Assembly (NCBI GenBank): GCA_964016885.1
Contig: OZ024740.1
Location: forward strand, 368,528,001 to 368,592,000
Origin: Eledone cirrhosa
Lineage: Eukaryota
Direction: 5' to 3'
DNA length: 64,000 bases
Made by a program: the position numbers and the translations under genes. Position 1 is the first letter of the stretch; each line of letters starts with the position of its first letter. The notes under the pieces are model-generated. The model saw only the letters and a program-made list of their open reading frames with translations, made no database searches and was not told where the DNA came from. Shown here in pieces: positions 1 through 13,530 of the stretch.

Positions 1-959
1 ATATATATATATATATATATATGTGTATGTTTCTGTGCACATAGTAAAATAATTCACAGATTATCGAAAATATTTGTTGTCATGAACTTTGATAGGACAA
101 TTAGGCAATTGATTTAAGCTTCATCAGAAATTTGCCAATTTATATTGTCTCGAGAATGCACAATTACTTATCCAATTAAACAGCACATTAGATTAACATG
201 GAATTTCTATAAGGCGTTTTATATTTCATTCCTCGTATTAGTTTATGTTCCCTTTCTCCAATTTTCTATTATATACACAAACATTTTCACCGGATTGATA
301 TTTAGTACTCTCTAAAGTAAACAGCGAACCGATTGGAATAAATGGAAGAATTAAAGCTTAAACGTAAATTCAAATGTAAATCAGTGAACATTTTCTTATT
401 AAAAAAATCAACAAAACCATAAAGCCATAAATACAAGCGTTACTGGCGAAGTAAGTTGACGAACTAAGATACATGATGCGAAATCCTTGACTGGTATTGC
501 AAATAAATATGCAGCTCCAACGAAGAGAATATAAGGTAGGATTTTCCGATTTCCTAAATAATCAATTAAACAAATAAGGATCACCATGCAGCGAAACAAA
601 GGGTTCATGTCTAGAGATATGCAGGGGAAGCTGGTGTGGAATAATAATAACAAAATGACACTAATTGGAAGAAACAATCTCAAGCAGTATTAAACAGACA
701 CATAAATTGATGAAAATATTCCAGAGGCTGATTAATATGTGAATTTTAGAATGACAAAATATTCTTTAGTTGACGCCGCAAAGGCTATGACACAATTAAA
801 AGTTAATATCACATGTGGAAGATTGCATCTCACTCAACATGATAAAACTGTGCTTCTAAATCCTCGTCTTTACAGAGAGAGAAAATTGAAGCACGCTATG
901 GATATACGAAAATTATTTGAATTAAAATACCTTAAAGTGAAGAATCGTGTGAATAAGAA

Positions 960-2700
960 AAGGTTCTGATGATATTCGTCCAAATTGTCTTCTATTGTGC
1001 TACAATTATTGTGCTCTCTGCTTTCTTTTTCTGCTTGTCTAGTCAATTCTACGATTTCATTTCTCTCACATCTGTTGTTTTAATGAACTGGCCGTGTAGT
1101 TCATTGCCCCAATAAGCATTTGCGTGTTCATTCTGCATCTTTTCTTTACATTTGCCATCTGTATTAGATCCTACCAACACTGCTCATTGACCTCACCGAC
1201 TCCTATTTGGTGATATGTTATTCATGGCTAGTTTGTTTGGTCTCCATTTATGGGAAATATTGTCAAACGCCTTTTCGTAAGGTATCCAATTCAGGCTAAG
1301 TTTTCTTTTTGGCATTTAGTAAGGGCTTTATTTATTAATATCATGTCTTTGCAGCCGTATGAGCCCCTGCGGCCTCCTTTCTGTTCGTATTGGAGCAGTT
1401 CTTTTGTTACAAGGTGCTCAGACAGGATTGAAGATAAGGTTTTTTTATGCTTTAGGCAAGCATGTTATGCGTCTGTAATGTTTAAGGTTTGCTGTCTCAT
1501 TATTTTGGGAGACGAGGGGGTGTTTTCCCCGCAGTGAGCCAGTCAAGTATTTTTTCTTTTTCCATCAGTATTTCATTAAATTTCTTTGCAATCATATAAT
1601 GTGACCCTGTAAAATGTTTTAACCAGCAGTTGGGATCTTGTCATATCCTGGGGCGTTCCAGTTGCTTTCCCCTCTCGGTGTAATTGACACACCATCTGCT
1701 GTGTTTGCTGTGCTTGCTAATTTGTGAATGGTAATTTCATTTCTCCCTCTGCTCCTATTCTTCCCCAGAACATTTCCACTTCTTTTTACTGTTAGGGCTA
1801 CATTAACTTCTATTTTGTTTCTATTAAGTTCCTGGTAACTTCGTTTTGTTGAACAAAATGTTGGTGCTTTTCATATCTCTGAATTATATGTGTCTTTGCT
1901 AAAATATTTGTTATTTTAAGCTTTACTCTTTGGGATTTACTTGCTGTTATGTTATATGTATTTTAGTATTTTTATTTTGTATCTGTTCTTAATATTTCCT
2001 ATTTCATTTAACATTTCTATCTGTTTTGTATCTTTGATTTCCACGTTTGTGTGTGTTATTCTTGCCTCTATAACTATTAGAGGGTACCCACTTTCATTTG
2101 CAATAGTGGCTGCTGCATATATCATATTATTTAGATTTGTGTTATTATTGGCTTTATTCATATATATAATGTCTCTGATGGCTAAGTTACAGATTAGTAT
2201 AAGTGTTGCTATTTTATTATATGTTTTATCTTTGGAAGATTAACACTTTGTTCCGTAGAGAAATTGTCTATTGTTTGGAATTATTGAAATATTTACCTCT
2301 TTATCCTATTGTAATCTTGAATTTCATCTTTAGGGGTTATTTCTCTACTATTTCTTTCTTTATATTTCTTTTCATTTGTATTCTTGGTGTGTTGTCCTGA
2401 ATTGGTTTTTGTGGGTTAGCAATCTGTGTATATATGACTGTGGTTTTTTTGTGTTTTGCTTGTATATGTCAGTCTTTACATCACGTTTTAAATTCTATGT
2501 ACGTTTATTTTCGATAATTATTAGGTTATCATTATTTTTGTTTTAGTTATGCATTCGTACTTTTAGTTGTTCGATTTCCGTCTCTGGTGTTTTTTCTCTT
2601 TAATATGTATCTCCTTAAGACTGTCAGATTTTCATCCCAGATGAAGGATAGGTTATAGAGGCAAGAATGGCCCGATTGAATGGGCCTACTCTGAGTATAT
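960..2700 (-). mobile_element. Highly degraded REL-type (R4/Dong-like) non-LTR retrotransposon fragment
   Basis: Minus-strand remnants NWNAPGYDKIP (~1630-1665; cf. NWKSPGPDGVQ in the neighbouring element) and W.NELHGQF (~1080-1115); many stops and deletions; boundaries approximate. Confidence 0.6.
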
Positions 2701-2965
2701 GCCTGTAAATTGAAGGGGGGAAACTGGGAGAGGGCACTTGTCCTGGTAGTCATGGTCACCGTGGCTTTTTTTAATGAGCTTTCTTCACGATGGCCCTCGG
2801 AATTCTCCCCCTATTGGGGACTTTTAAATTGTTCTTTCTTTGTTACATCCACTGTTCTTTGTTTTTTTTTTACACGCAGAAATGCCCATTTTTACCATCC
2901 TGTATTGTCCTGTACAGTCCTTAATGTCTACTTTGTGTAAACCCTTGTGGTTAATAAAGAAATCA

Positions 2966-2992
2966 TTATTATTTTTATTATCATTATTATTA

Positions 2993-3033
<41 letters not shown>

Positions 3034-3040
3034 TGTTATT
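2966..3040. repeat. (TTA)n microsatellite = (TAA)n tail/target of the Dong-like element
   Basis: Direct sequence; abuts the 3' end of the minus-strand LINE at 3046. Confidence 0.9.
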
Positions 3041-3116
3041 ACTCCTTGAGTCTCAGTCATTGATGTTAGTTAACTGGAAAGTTTGTTGGAATGAATATCA
3101 AGCCACTACTGCAGCC

Positions 3117-6100
3117 TCAGATATTCAGGACGTTTCGGAGGGTTCTTGCTGTTCCCAGCAAGCATGCCTTTTGAAGCGTTCCAAAAAGCGTGAAGGGGCC
3201 GATTTTCTTTAACCATCCCTGGAAACTTTTGGAGATAGTCCCTAGTGCGCCTATGACAATCGGGATCACTTTGACTTCATGGCAGTTCCAAATCCTTTTT
3301 ACCTCCCACTTTAAGTCCTGGTATCGGGTAATTTTCTCCCTCTCCTTCTCGTGCACTCTCGTGTCGAATGGGCAGGCCACATCCACAATCAGGCACGATC
3401 TTTTTTCTGTGTCCACAACCACCAGGTCAGGTCTATCGTGTTCCAGTTCTTGTCCGTCTGTATCCTAAAATCCCACAACACCTTCACCTGATCGTTCTCT
3501 ATCACCGCCTCTGGCTTATGCTCATACAATTTCTCAGAATGTGGTAAACTGTTTACTTTGCACAGGTGCCATCACATCATGTCTCCAGCCCTTATAGTGG
3601 GTCTGGGCTAGGTGTTTAGACTCGGATACAATATGAGCCACAGTCTCCTCTCTCTCTCTCCACAGATCCTGCACAGTGGGCTAGCCTCCTCCTTGTAAAT
3701 ATGGTGTTTCAAACACTTCGTTTTGAGGGCCTACTCCTGCGCAGCCATTAACATTCCTTCTGTAGCCTTTTTAGGGTCTCCTCTTTTCAACCAGTTCCAT
3801 GTCTGTGGATCTCTAAATTCAGTTTTCTCAAAGAAGGTACTATGAAGGGATTTTTCCTGAAGGCTGCTCTTTCTCCTTGATGTTATTTCCTCCTTGGACA
3901 TCCCCTGGCCTATTGTCCCCTCCTTCAGTACAGTTCTGAGCATTGGCTCCCTACTATTAGTCACGTATTTGTGTAGGTTGTTTTTCTCCATCTGAACACA
4001 GCCCTCTATGCTGATAAGACCTCTTCCACCCTCAGATATCCTTAAGTAGAGTATATCCACATCACTCCACCTCTTGTGGAACATGTTGTAGATAGTCAAT
4101 AGCTTCCTATTCTTCCTATCCATTTCTTTTTGTTCAGCAACATTCCATCTCAGAATTCCCGCACTGTACATAATAATAGACACAGCTCGGGAATTTACTA
4201 CGCTTATGGCATTTCTGCTGTTCAGATGTGACTTCAATACGCTCCTTACTCTCCGAATATATTCAATTCTTAACAATTCCTTCATTTTGTTGTTCTTTAT
4301 GCCATCAGCCTCCAGAACACCCAAATACTTGTATCCTTCCTCAGAGTCAATTTCCTTTATCATCTCACCTGTTGGTATCTGGATTCCGTTACTTCTGCTC
4401 AACCTACCCCTCCTCATCACAATGACTCCACACATACTCATACCAAATTGCATACATATATCACTGCTGAAAATACGGACAGTGTCAACAAGCACATCCA
4501 ACTCCTTCTCACTCTTCCCGAAGAGCTTAAGATCGTCCATGAAGAGGAGGTGATTGATGGTAATCTCTCCCTTTCCCAACCTGTATCCTGCTCTCACCTT
4601 TCGCAGTTCACTGGTCAGGGGCATCAGGGCAAGGACAAACAAAAGAGGGAACAGGCTATCTCCATGGAAGATACCTCTCTTGATCTTCACGCTTCCCAAG
4701 GATTCTCCAGTTGATGTCAACTCTGTTTCCCAGGACCTCATACTTTTACCCAACAACTGTCTGGTGTTATCTGCCACCTTGAAGATCTCCAGGCTTTTGG
4801 TGATCCAAGAATGAGGCACCATGTCAAATGCCTTTCTGTAGTCTATCCATCCCATGGCAAGATCAGTGTGTCTCCTGTTGCTATTCCCCATTACCATCTT
4901 ATCAATAAGTAACTGGTCCTTTGTACCACGTGACTTCTTTCGGCATCCTTTCTGTTCGCCGGGTAACAAGTTGTTTGTGTGGAGGTGATGGTAGATTTCC
5001 TCAGACACAATGCTCGTCAGCAATTTCCACATTACGGACAGACATGTGATAGGTCTATAGTTGGGAACATCATTACCCTTGATTCGGTCTTTCATTATCA
5101 GAACTGTGGTACCTTTTGTCAACCACTCTGGTACCTCACCTGACATCAAGCAGTCATTGAACATGGTTGTCAGTTTCGGGTGAAGGGATGTTATATGTTT
5201 AATCCAATACCCCTGCACACCATCTGGGCCTGGTGATTTCCAGTTGGTTAGTTTCTTGGCCTGCCCCTTAAGAGTTTCAACTGTGATACTCAAATCAATT
5301 TGTTGGTGTGCCTGTTCACTGATCTCCTTCTGTACTGTCTGAATCCACACTGCCTGGTCATTATGTCTAACATCCTGCTCCCATATTCCTCTCCAGAATG
5401 TTTTAGTTTGTTCCGCCTCAGGGATAAAGTCGTTGCCTCTTTCTTTCCCCTCAAGCTGTCCAAACAACATCTTCTGGTTGTTGTCGAACATGCGGTTCTG
5501 TTTATACTGACTGACTCTTTTCTCGTATCGCCTGATTTTTGCACTCTTTGCTACAATGCGTTGCTTCAGTTCCTCTATGATAATATTTAGCTTTTTCCTC
5601 CTAGTTTTGTACTTTATTTCCAGTCTATTTTTAGTGTTTATGTTTTTTAGTGTCCCATTCAGTAGGGACTCAAGCTTTCCAATGTCATTTCTCATTTCCC
5701 TGATTTGACCACTCAGTCGTTTCTTCCACCAAGGCTCTTCTCTTTCTTGTCTGTTGTTTCCTCTCGCTTTTATACCAAGTAGTTTCTTCACCGTATTTGC
5801 TGTTGCTTTGAGGATATTGTTGCACTGGTGAAGGCTCCTAGCCTCAAGGTATGGGTGACTTTGTTTACCTTAGCTGTTGTTTCTTTTAACTTTCTCCTGT
5901 CTACAAATCTTAGGTTCATAGGTCTCCCACTATCATTGTTCAATTCATCTACCACTAAATTTAGGATATCAACCAAATCTTGTCCTAGCCCGTCAGCATT
6001 CATCTCCTCAGTGGCCGTATCTCTGTTCCAGGTATTATTTATCTCAGTATTCAGATCATTATCTGCTTTGTGTGGTTCCTCCGTTCTCTCGACCTATTCA

Positions 6101-6528
6101 CCTTCATTTCCCACTGGCTCGTTTGCCTGGCATACTCCACCCTCCATGTCCAAGCTAATCTCTCTGCTCAGTTCCTCCAGTTCCAGCTCGCTTATCCACC
6201 CATTAGATGTTATTACCCGAGCCTGCCCGGCCAATTTTTGTTCATCTAATTTAAATAGACCAATCTCGTTCCATATGTTATGCATCCGTTTCCTATAGCA
6301 CCTCTCCTAGGGGTTACTTTTCAGGTAACATTGCATAACAGTTCTATTCAATTCTTTCGTCCAGTTGGTTCTGGTCCCTTTCCTTCTTCTTCTTCCTCCG
6401 ACACCAGCAGTATTTGGTTGACAGCCAGGTCCCTGCTGCTGAGCCAGGGAGCACCTGTTGGGTGAGAGTCTGTCACATGACGTTCTAGTCTCCATTTCAC
6501 CGTTATTCGAACTGTTTAGGTTCGACAT
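3117..6528 (-). pseudogene. Disrupted RT + CCHC + REL endonuclease ORF of Dong-like copy 1
   Basis: 686-aa segment 3731-5791 with NYRPITCL, WIDYRKAFDMVPH, GIFHGDSL, HLLFMDDLKLF, YKYLG; CRIC..ETVAHI knuckle (~3630-3675); RPDLVV..CLIVDVACPFD..EK..RY REL domain (3117-3440); a few stops/frameshifts. Confidence 0.9.
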
Positions 6529-6896
6529 TTAAACACTCTTATCGAGGATTGGCGAATGTATGGTTACATAACCATATGTGGATTCACCGCCTCCGGTGGT
6601 TGCGTCACTCCACTTGGCTCTTGTGTGGCATTATCACCACGCTGTAGACGAACACATATAAACAAACAAACAAACAGGCAGAAAAAAACCCACAAATGAA
6701 TAAGCATTAGTTTCATTGTAATGTAGTGTTCGAATGTCTGACTTAGTTTTTCCCTTCCTTTCTCTGTCCGTCCGTTTGTTTCTCTCTTCATTCTTATTTT
6801 CTTTACGTTTTTTTTGTTTTTGTTGTTGTTGTTGGTTTGCTGCTTTGATTTTGATTTTTTTTTTTTTGGAGTCTATTTATATATTTTGATGCCTTC

Positions 6897-7420
6897 CTCT
6901 TTTTTAGTAGGAATTCTACAATGTGGTGGCGGTGCTGTGCTAGCAGCAACTAGCAGGAGGTAGTGGGAGAGAATAGCGGCGGTAGCGATAATGAGGGAGT
7001 GGTGGTGGTGATGTGGTCGTATTACTGTAGTGATGGTGTCCTCTTTTAGTAGGAATTCTACAATGTGGTGGCGGTGCTATGCTAGCAGCAACTAGCAGGA
7101 GGTAGTGGGAGAGAATAGCGGCGGTTGCGATACTGAGGCAGTGGTGGTGGTGATGTGGTCGTATTACTGTAGTGATGGTGTTGTAGTTGGGGTATACATT
7201 TGAGTCGATTTGACCAGAGTTTTCATCGTGGTAATGGTGGTGGTATTGGTGGTGAAATAATAATCTGTAGTCGTTTAGTAGTGGTGGTGAATTGGTCGTA
7301 TTACTGTAGTGATGGTGTTGTAGTTGGGATATACGTTTGAGTCGATTTGACCAGAGTTTTCATCGTGGTAGTGGTGGTGGTATTGGTGGTGAAATAATAA
7401 TCTGTAGTCGTTTAGTCATT
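6897..7420. repeat. Two overlapping local direct duplications (~140 bp units) in GT/GTA-rich low-complexity DNA
   Basis: ttttagtaggaattctacaatgtggtggcggtgct occurs at ~6902 and ~7045; ggtcgtattactgtagtgatggtgttgtagttggg...gtcgtttagt occurs at ~7157 and ~7294. Confidence 0.85.
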
Positions 7421-8177
7421 TTGCCATTTTCGACTCCAACATTCCTGATCCAAAATTAAATATTAATCTTGTTTATCAATATTGTCTAGTGATATCGCCA
7501 TCCTCCCCTTTCGTAAGTTAACAGAAGGTAGTGGGGGGATAGCGGTGGTAGCAATGAAGAAGTGGTGGCGGCGGTGATGGGATAGTGGTAGTAATGATGG
7601 ATGGGCGGCGGCGGCGGTGACTGTAGTGATGACGTTGTCGTTACTGAGTTTTGTTGGAGGGACTGTATTTTTTCCGTTCGGTGAATCAATGGGGTTAGTC
7701 GCGTACATGTGTTGACATAAATTCCCTTAATGTTGGAATTAAACATTTTGTTAAAACTTGGGACAATAATAGTAATAGTATTTATTATTATCATTATTAT
7801 GTTGAGATTGGTTGTGGTGGTGGTGAAGTTGCCGTTATCTGGCTGTTGTGTTTAGTGTACACAGAGGGGTGATGGGGTAGGTGGTGTATCTAGTTTCTGG
7901 TGTTGGTGAGATTGCCGTTGTTTGACTGTTCTATATAGTGTAGACAGAGGAGGGGGGGGGTTCTTCTTCTTCCATTTATAGCCATTTTCTTTTTTGAATA
8001 TACAATGCACAATACAAAGTTGAATATTTGAATATTTGAGCCTTATAACAATATATTTTGGGTCCGAATTTTTTGGGGGCTCAAGCCGGATGCTTTACGT
8101 AACATTTGTACTAAGAGTTGTTATTTCACAAATGATTTAAATATGTTAAAAATTCAAAGCTTACGGGAGCGATTTCA

Positions 8178-8179
<2 letters not shown>

Positions 8180-8231
<52 letters not shown>
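8180..8231. repeat. (TTA)n microsatellite between the two Dong-like copies
   Basis: Direct sequence. Confidence 0.95.
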
Positions 8232-8232
<1 letters not shown>

Positions 8233-11200
8233 TGAGTCTTTGTCATTGATGTTTTTTAACTGGAAAGTTTGTTGAAATGAATATCAAGCCGCTACCTGCA
8301 GCCTCAGATATTCAGGACGTATCGGAGGGTTCTTGCTGTTCCTAGCCTGCATGCCTTTTGAAGTGTTCCAAAAAGCGGGGCTGGACTAATTTTCTTTAAC
8401 CATCATTGGAAACTCTTCGAGATAGTAACTAGTGCGCCTATGACAATCGGTACGACTCTGACTTCATGGCAGTTCCAAATCCTTTTTAAGTCCTGGTATC
8501 AGTTAGTTTCCTCCCTCTCCCTTTCTTGCACTTTCGTGTCAAATGAGCAGTCTACATCTACAACCAGGCACGATATTTCTTCCTTGCCCTAAACCACCAT
8601 GTCAGACCTATTGTGTTCCAGTTTCTTGTCCGTCTTCATCCTAAAATCCGATAGCACCTTCACCTGATCGTTTTCTATCACCGACTCTGGCTTATGCTCA
8701 TACCACTTCTCAGACTGTGTTAAATTGTTTACTTTGCATAGGTGCCAGTGGATCACCCTGCCAATCACGTCATGTCTCCAGCCATTATAGTGAGTCTGGG
8801 CTAGGTGTTTACACTCGGATAGAATGTGATCACCTGTCTCCTCTCTCTCCACATATCCTACACAGTGGGCTAGCCTCCTCCTTGTAAATATGGTGTTTCA
8901 CCCACTTCGTTCTGAGGGCCTGCTCTTGCGCAGCCATTAGCATTCATTCTGTAGCCTTTCTAGGGTCTCCTCTTTTTAACCATTTCCATGAATGGATTAT
9001 TCATGAAGGTTGCTCTTCCTCCTTGGACTTCCCCTGGTCCTCTCCTTCAGTACAATTCTGAGCATTGGCTCCCTACTATCAGTCACGTATTTGTGCAGGT
9101 TGTTTTTCTCCGGCCGAACACAGTCCTCTGTGCTGATAAGATCACTTCCACGTTCAGATCTCTTTAAGTAGAGTCTATCGACATCACTCATCTTGTTGAA
9201 CATGTTGTAGATAGTCAATAGCTTCCGAGTCTTCCCATCCATTTCTTTTTGTTCGGCAACATTCCATTTCACAATTCCCGCACTGTACCTAATAATAGAC
9301 ACAGCTCGGGAATTCACTGCACTTATGATATTTCTACTATTTAGATGTGATTTTAATACGCTCATTACTCTCCTAATGTACTCAGAACTTATCAATTCCT
9401 TCATTTTTTTGTTCTTATTGTCATCTGCCTCCAGAACGCCTAAATATTTGTATTCTTCTTCAGTGTCAATTTCCTTTATCATCTCACATGTTGGTACCTG
9501 GATTCAATTTCTTCTGCTCAATTTACCCCTCTTTATCACTTGGACTCCACACTTATTAATACCAAATTCCATACATATATCATTGCTGAAGATACGGACA
9601 GTGTCAACAAGTACATCCAACTCCTTCTCACACTTCCCAAACAGTTTAAGATCGTCCCTGAAGAGGAGGTGGTTGATGGTAAGCTCTCCATTTCGCAACT
9701 TGCATCTTGCTCTCACTTTTCGCAGTATAATGGTCAGGGGTATCAAGGCAAGGACAATAAACAGAGAGGACAAACTGGAAGATACCTCTCTTGATCTTCA
9801 CGCCTCCCAAGGATTCCCAACCCGATGTTAACTCTGTTTCCCATGAATTCATACTTTTGCTCAACAACTGTCTGATGTTCTCTGCCACCTAGAAAATCTC
9901 TAGGCTTTTGGTTATCCAAGAATGAGGTACCATGTCGAATGTCTTTTTGTAATCTATCCATCCATGGCAAGACCAGTGTGTCTCCTGTTGCAATTACTCA
10001 TTACCATCTTATCAATAAGTAACTGGTCTTTTGTACAACGGGACTTTTTTCGTCATCCTTTCTGTTCGTCCGGTAACAAGTTCTTTATGTGGAGGTGATG
10101 GTAGATTTCCTCAGACACAATGCTTGTTAACAGTTTCCACATTACGGACAGATATGTAATAGGTCTATAGTTGGTAACATCAATACCCTTGATTCGGTCT
10201 TTCATTACCAGAACTGTGGTAACTTTTGTCAACAACTCTGGTACCTCACCCGACATCAAGCATTAATTGAACATGGTTGTCAGTTTTTAATCCAATACCC
10301 CTGCACACCATCTGGGCCTGGTGATTTCCAGTTGGTTAGATTTTTGGCCTGCTCTTTAAGAGTTTCAACCGTGATACTCAAATCAGTTTGTTGGTGTGCT
10401 TGTTCACTAAACTCATTTTGTACTCTTTAAATCCACACTGACTGATCATTATGCTCAACATCCTGCTCTCATATTCCTCTCCAGAATGTCTTAGTATGTT
10501 TCGCCTCAGGGATCAAGTCATTGATTCTTTCTTTCCCTTCAAGATGTGCAAGCAACATATTCTGGTTGTTGTCAAACATGCGGCTCTGTCTATACTGACT
10601 GACTCTGCTCTCATACCGCCTAATCTTTGCACTTTTTGCTACATTGCGTTGCTTCAGTTCCTCTAGGATAATATTTAGCGTTTTCCTTCTAGTGTTGTAC
10701 TTTATTTCCAGTCTATTTTTAGTGTCTATGTGTTGTAGTGTCCCATTCACTAGGGACTCAAGCTTTCCAATGTAATTTCTCATTTCCTTGATTTGACTAT
10801 TCAGTCCTTTCTTCCACCAAGGTTCTGATCTTTCTTGTTTGTTGTTTCCACTCATTTGTATGCCAAGTAATTTCCTCACCGCATTTGCTGTTGCTTTGAG
10901 GATAGTGTTGCATTGGTGAAGGTTCCTCGCCTCAGAATATGGGATGACGTTGTTTACCTTAGCTGTTGTTTCTTTTAACTTTTTCCTGTCTACAAATCTT
11001 AGGTGCATAGGTTTCCCACTATCATTGTTCATTATATCTACCACTAAGTTCAGGATATCAAACAAATCTTGTCCTAGCCCGTCAATATCCATTTCCTCCA
11101 TGGCCGTATCTTTGTTCCAGATGTTATTTATTTCAGCATTCAGATCATTGTCTGGTTCTGATGCATCCTCCGTTCTCTCAACCTCTTCACCTTCATTTCC

Positions 11201-12119
11201 CACAGGCTCGTTTGCCTGACATATTCCGCTCTCCATTTCCAACCTAATCTCCCTGCTCAGTTCCTCTAGTTCCAACTCGCTTATCCATCCATTAGTTCTT
11301 ATTACCCTAGCCTGCCCGGCCAATTTGTGTTCATCTAATTTAAATAGACCAACCTCGTTCCAGATGTTATGCATCCGTTTCCTATAGTCTTTTTTTTGCC
11401 TTGGGGTTACAGACAGGTAACATTCCCTGACAAATTTATTCAATTATTTCGTCCAGTTGGTTCTTGTCCCTTTCTTTCTTCTTCCTCCAACACAAGCAGT
11501 ATTTGGATGACTGTCAAGTCCCTGCTGCTGCACCAAGAAGCACTTGCTGGGTGAGAGTCTGTCACGTGACGTTCCAGTCTCCTGTTCACCGTTATTCGAA
11601 CTGTTTAGGTTCGACATTTAAAGACTCATATCGAGAATTGGTGAATCTATGGTTAGATAACCACCGGTGATTTCATCACCCCCAACGATTTCATCACCCC
11701 CGGCGATTTTAGCGTTGCACCATCACGCTGTAGACGAACATAAATAAATAAATAAATAAATAGATAAAAACTTAAAAAATAAACATAAGTTTCATTGTAA
11801 TTTTTGAATGTCTGACTTAGTTATTATTATTATTTTTTTTTACCTTTACGTGTTTCGTTTTTCATGGCCCGTAACATCGGTTACTAGTGTTGTTATTGTT
11901 GCTGGTGCTGTTTTTGATTTTAGCTACGAGGGAAGTAGGGGTGGTTGCGTTCAAAACTTTTGAAATTTGTTTTTTTTATGCATGTGTTTTTGTCTGTGTT
12001 CTTTTCTATAATTTGTTCGGCTTGTTGCTTATATTTGCCTTTCATCCTCCCGGGGTCGATAAAATAAAGAACCAGTAATGCACTGAGTAATTGCTGGCCT
12101 TGTGCCAAAAGTAGAAACA

Positions 12120-12150
<31 letters not shown>

Positions 12151-12705
12151 GTATCATTATATTATAGTTTAGATTTGACATGGTTTCAACTAAACATTTT
12201 GAGAGAGTTTATAGATACATGGTGTTGATGTTAGCTGTTTGACTGGGTCACTAACCCAGTCTAGTTATATCTTGTGATGCCTTCCTCGCTTATAGCCATG
12301 TGTAGTGGCACTACTATCATCCCACTCTTAACAGGAGGTAGTGAGGGAATAGTGGTGGTAGCGATGATGCAGGTGTGGCGGATAGTAGTACTATAGTGAT
12401 GGTGTTGCTGCAGCCGTTGGTTTGTATTTGGCTAATTCTTTTGTGGTAGTGTTGATGGTGGCGGCGGCGCTGGTGGTGTTGGTGTTGATATTATTATTTC
12501 TTTTGTTTGTAACCATTTTCTTTTCTGACTATAAATTTTCTGATACAAAATTAAATATTAAATATTGGAGCCCTATGCCATAATGTGATGCGTGTCACTT
12601 CCTGAGAGTTAAGACTGGTATCTTATGTTCCATTTGTAATAAGTATTATTCTCTCACAACTGTTTTAAATATATAAAAAATCAAAAACTTACGGGAGCGA
12701 TTCCA
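8232..12705 (-). mobile_element. R4/Dong-clade non-LTR retrotransposon copy 2, more decayed (core 8232-11822)
   Basis: Fragmented ORFs 10469-11443, 10053-10259, 9504-9970, 8997-9482, 8589-8852 are homologous to copy 1; same 3' end (ttgagtct..gtcattgatg) next to (TTA)n; shared upstream motifs extend to ~12705. Confidence 0.85.
12034..12150 (+). mobile_element. 3' half of tRNA-derived SINE (family also at 33461, 35645, 55966, 62363)
   Basis: tttgcctttcatcctcccggggtcgataaaataaag..ccagtaatgcactg..ggccttgtgccaaaagtagaaacaa followed by (tta)n tail. Confidence 0.8.
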
Positions 12706-12799
12706 TAACACTTTATCCACCATATGCGTATCTTCCCTTTATTCATAAGACATAAACATCAGTAAATGTATTTTCAAGACATTTAAATTGATAATGGAT

Positions 12800-13530
12800 T
12801 TCTCCGAGACATGGATGCTGCCAATAAGCACTATTTACTGTAGGTTTTGCAGTGACGGCTTTCTAGGTATCTCAAATATTTTTCAGTCCCCATTTTTATC
12901 ATTCCATGCGAACCAACTATCACTGGCTTTAAGATGTCAGATTTCTAAATTTCAATAATTTATATTTAATGATGGTGAGAAAATCGTTTGAGGAGATGCT
13001 ACGATCAATTAAGAAACGAATGCTCATGTCAATTAAGAAACCTGCTTTCTCTACATGGTAATATACAATTCTATCAGGTCTGTTGACCTTGATTGTTCGG
13101 TCAGTGTTCTCAGAAAAATTCCATAAATTTTTCCTGTTACTGCATCTGCCTGATATTTGTACTATCCACCTTCACCTTTCAGACCATACAATCTGCACAT
13201 TACTCAGTGGAAGATTTGTCCCGCTCGACTATCTTTAGTTTATATCCTTGGGAGCTAATATTTTGCAGCCTGAAGTCAGTTGTTCAATGATCTCAAAATG
13301 ATCATAACAGAATCGATAATTTGATTCAATTCAATTTCCCATCATATTGGACTTGTGCAGCCAGAATGAAGACATCGTTCTTTACCTTTAGTCCAAGTAA
13401 TCCGAAATCGCTGATGGATTAATGTTTGATCTAAATAAGGTTCATTTCTACAGAAAGCATACTGGCCATGGAATAGTCTATTCTCCCATTTAGTGTACGG
13501 TCTCCGTGGACCATCTTGCTTTGACAATAC
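12800..13530 (-). mobile_element. Degraded 3' fragment of an REL-type LINE
   Basis: Minus-strand remnants ENRLFHGQY, SGCKILAP, TDRTIKVNRPD and FLID. Confidence 0.65.

Larger units (their letters stand above)
3046..8179 (-). mobile_element. R4/Dong-clade non-LTR retrotransposon copy 1 (core 3046-6750; 6750-8179 probable long 5' region)
   Basis: Single long ORF with RT, CCHC knuckle and C-terminal restriction-like endonuclease; (TAA)n at both ends; co-linear with copy 2. Confidence 0.85.

Noticed and set aside
408-683. Hydrophobic 91-aa minus-strand ORF, possibly a GPCR transmembrane exon
   Set aside because: No recognisable class C 7TM motifs or clear splice sites; hydrophobic bias is expected from T-rich DNA
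4206-6465. Plus-strand ORFs overlapping the Dong-like RT (also 9325-9831 and 10944-11219)
   Set aside because: Antisense shadows of the minus-strand coding frame
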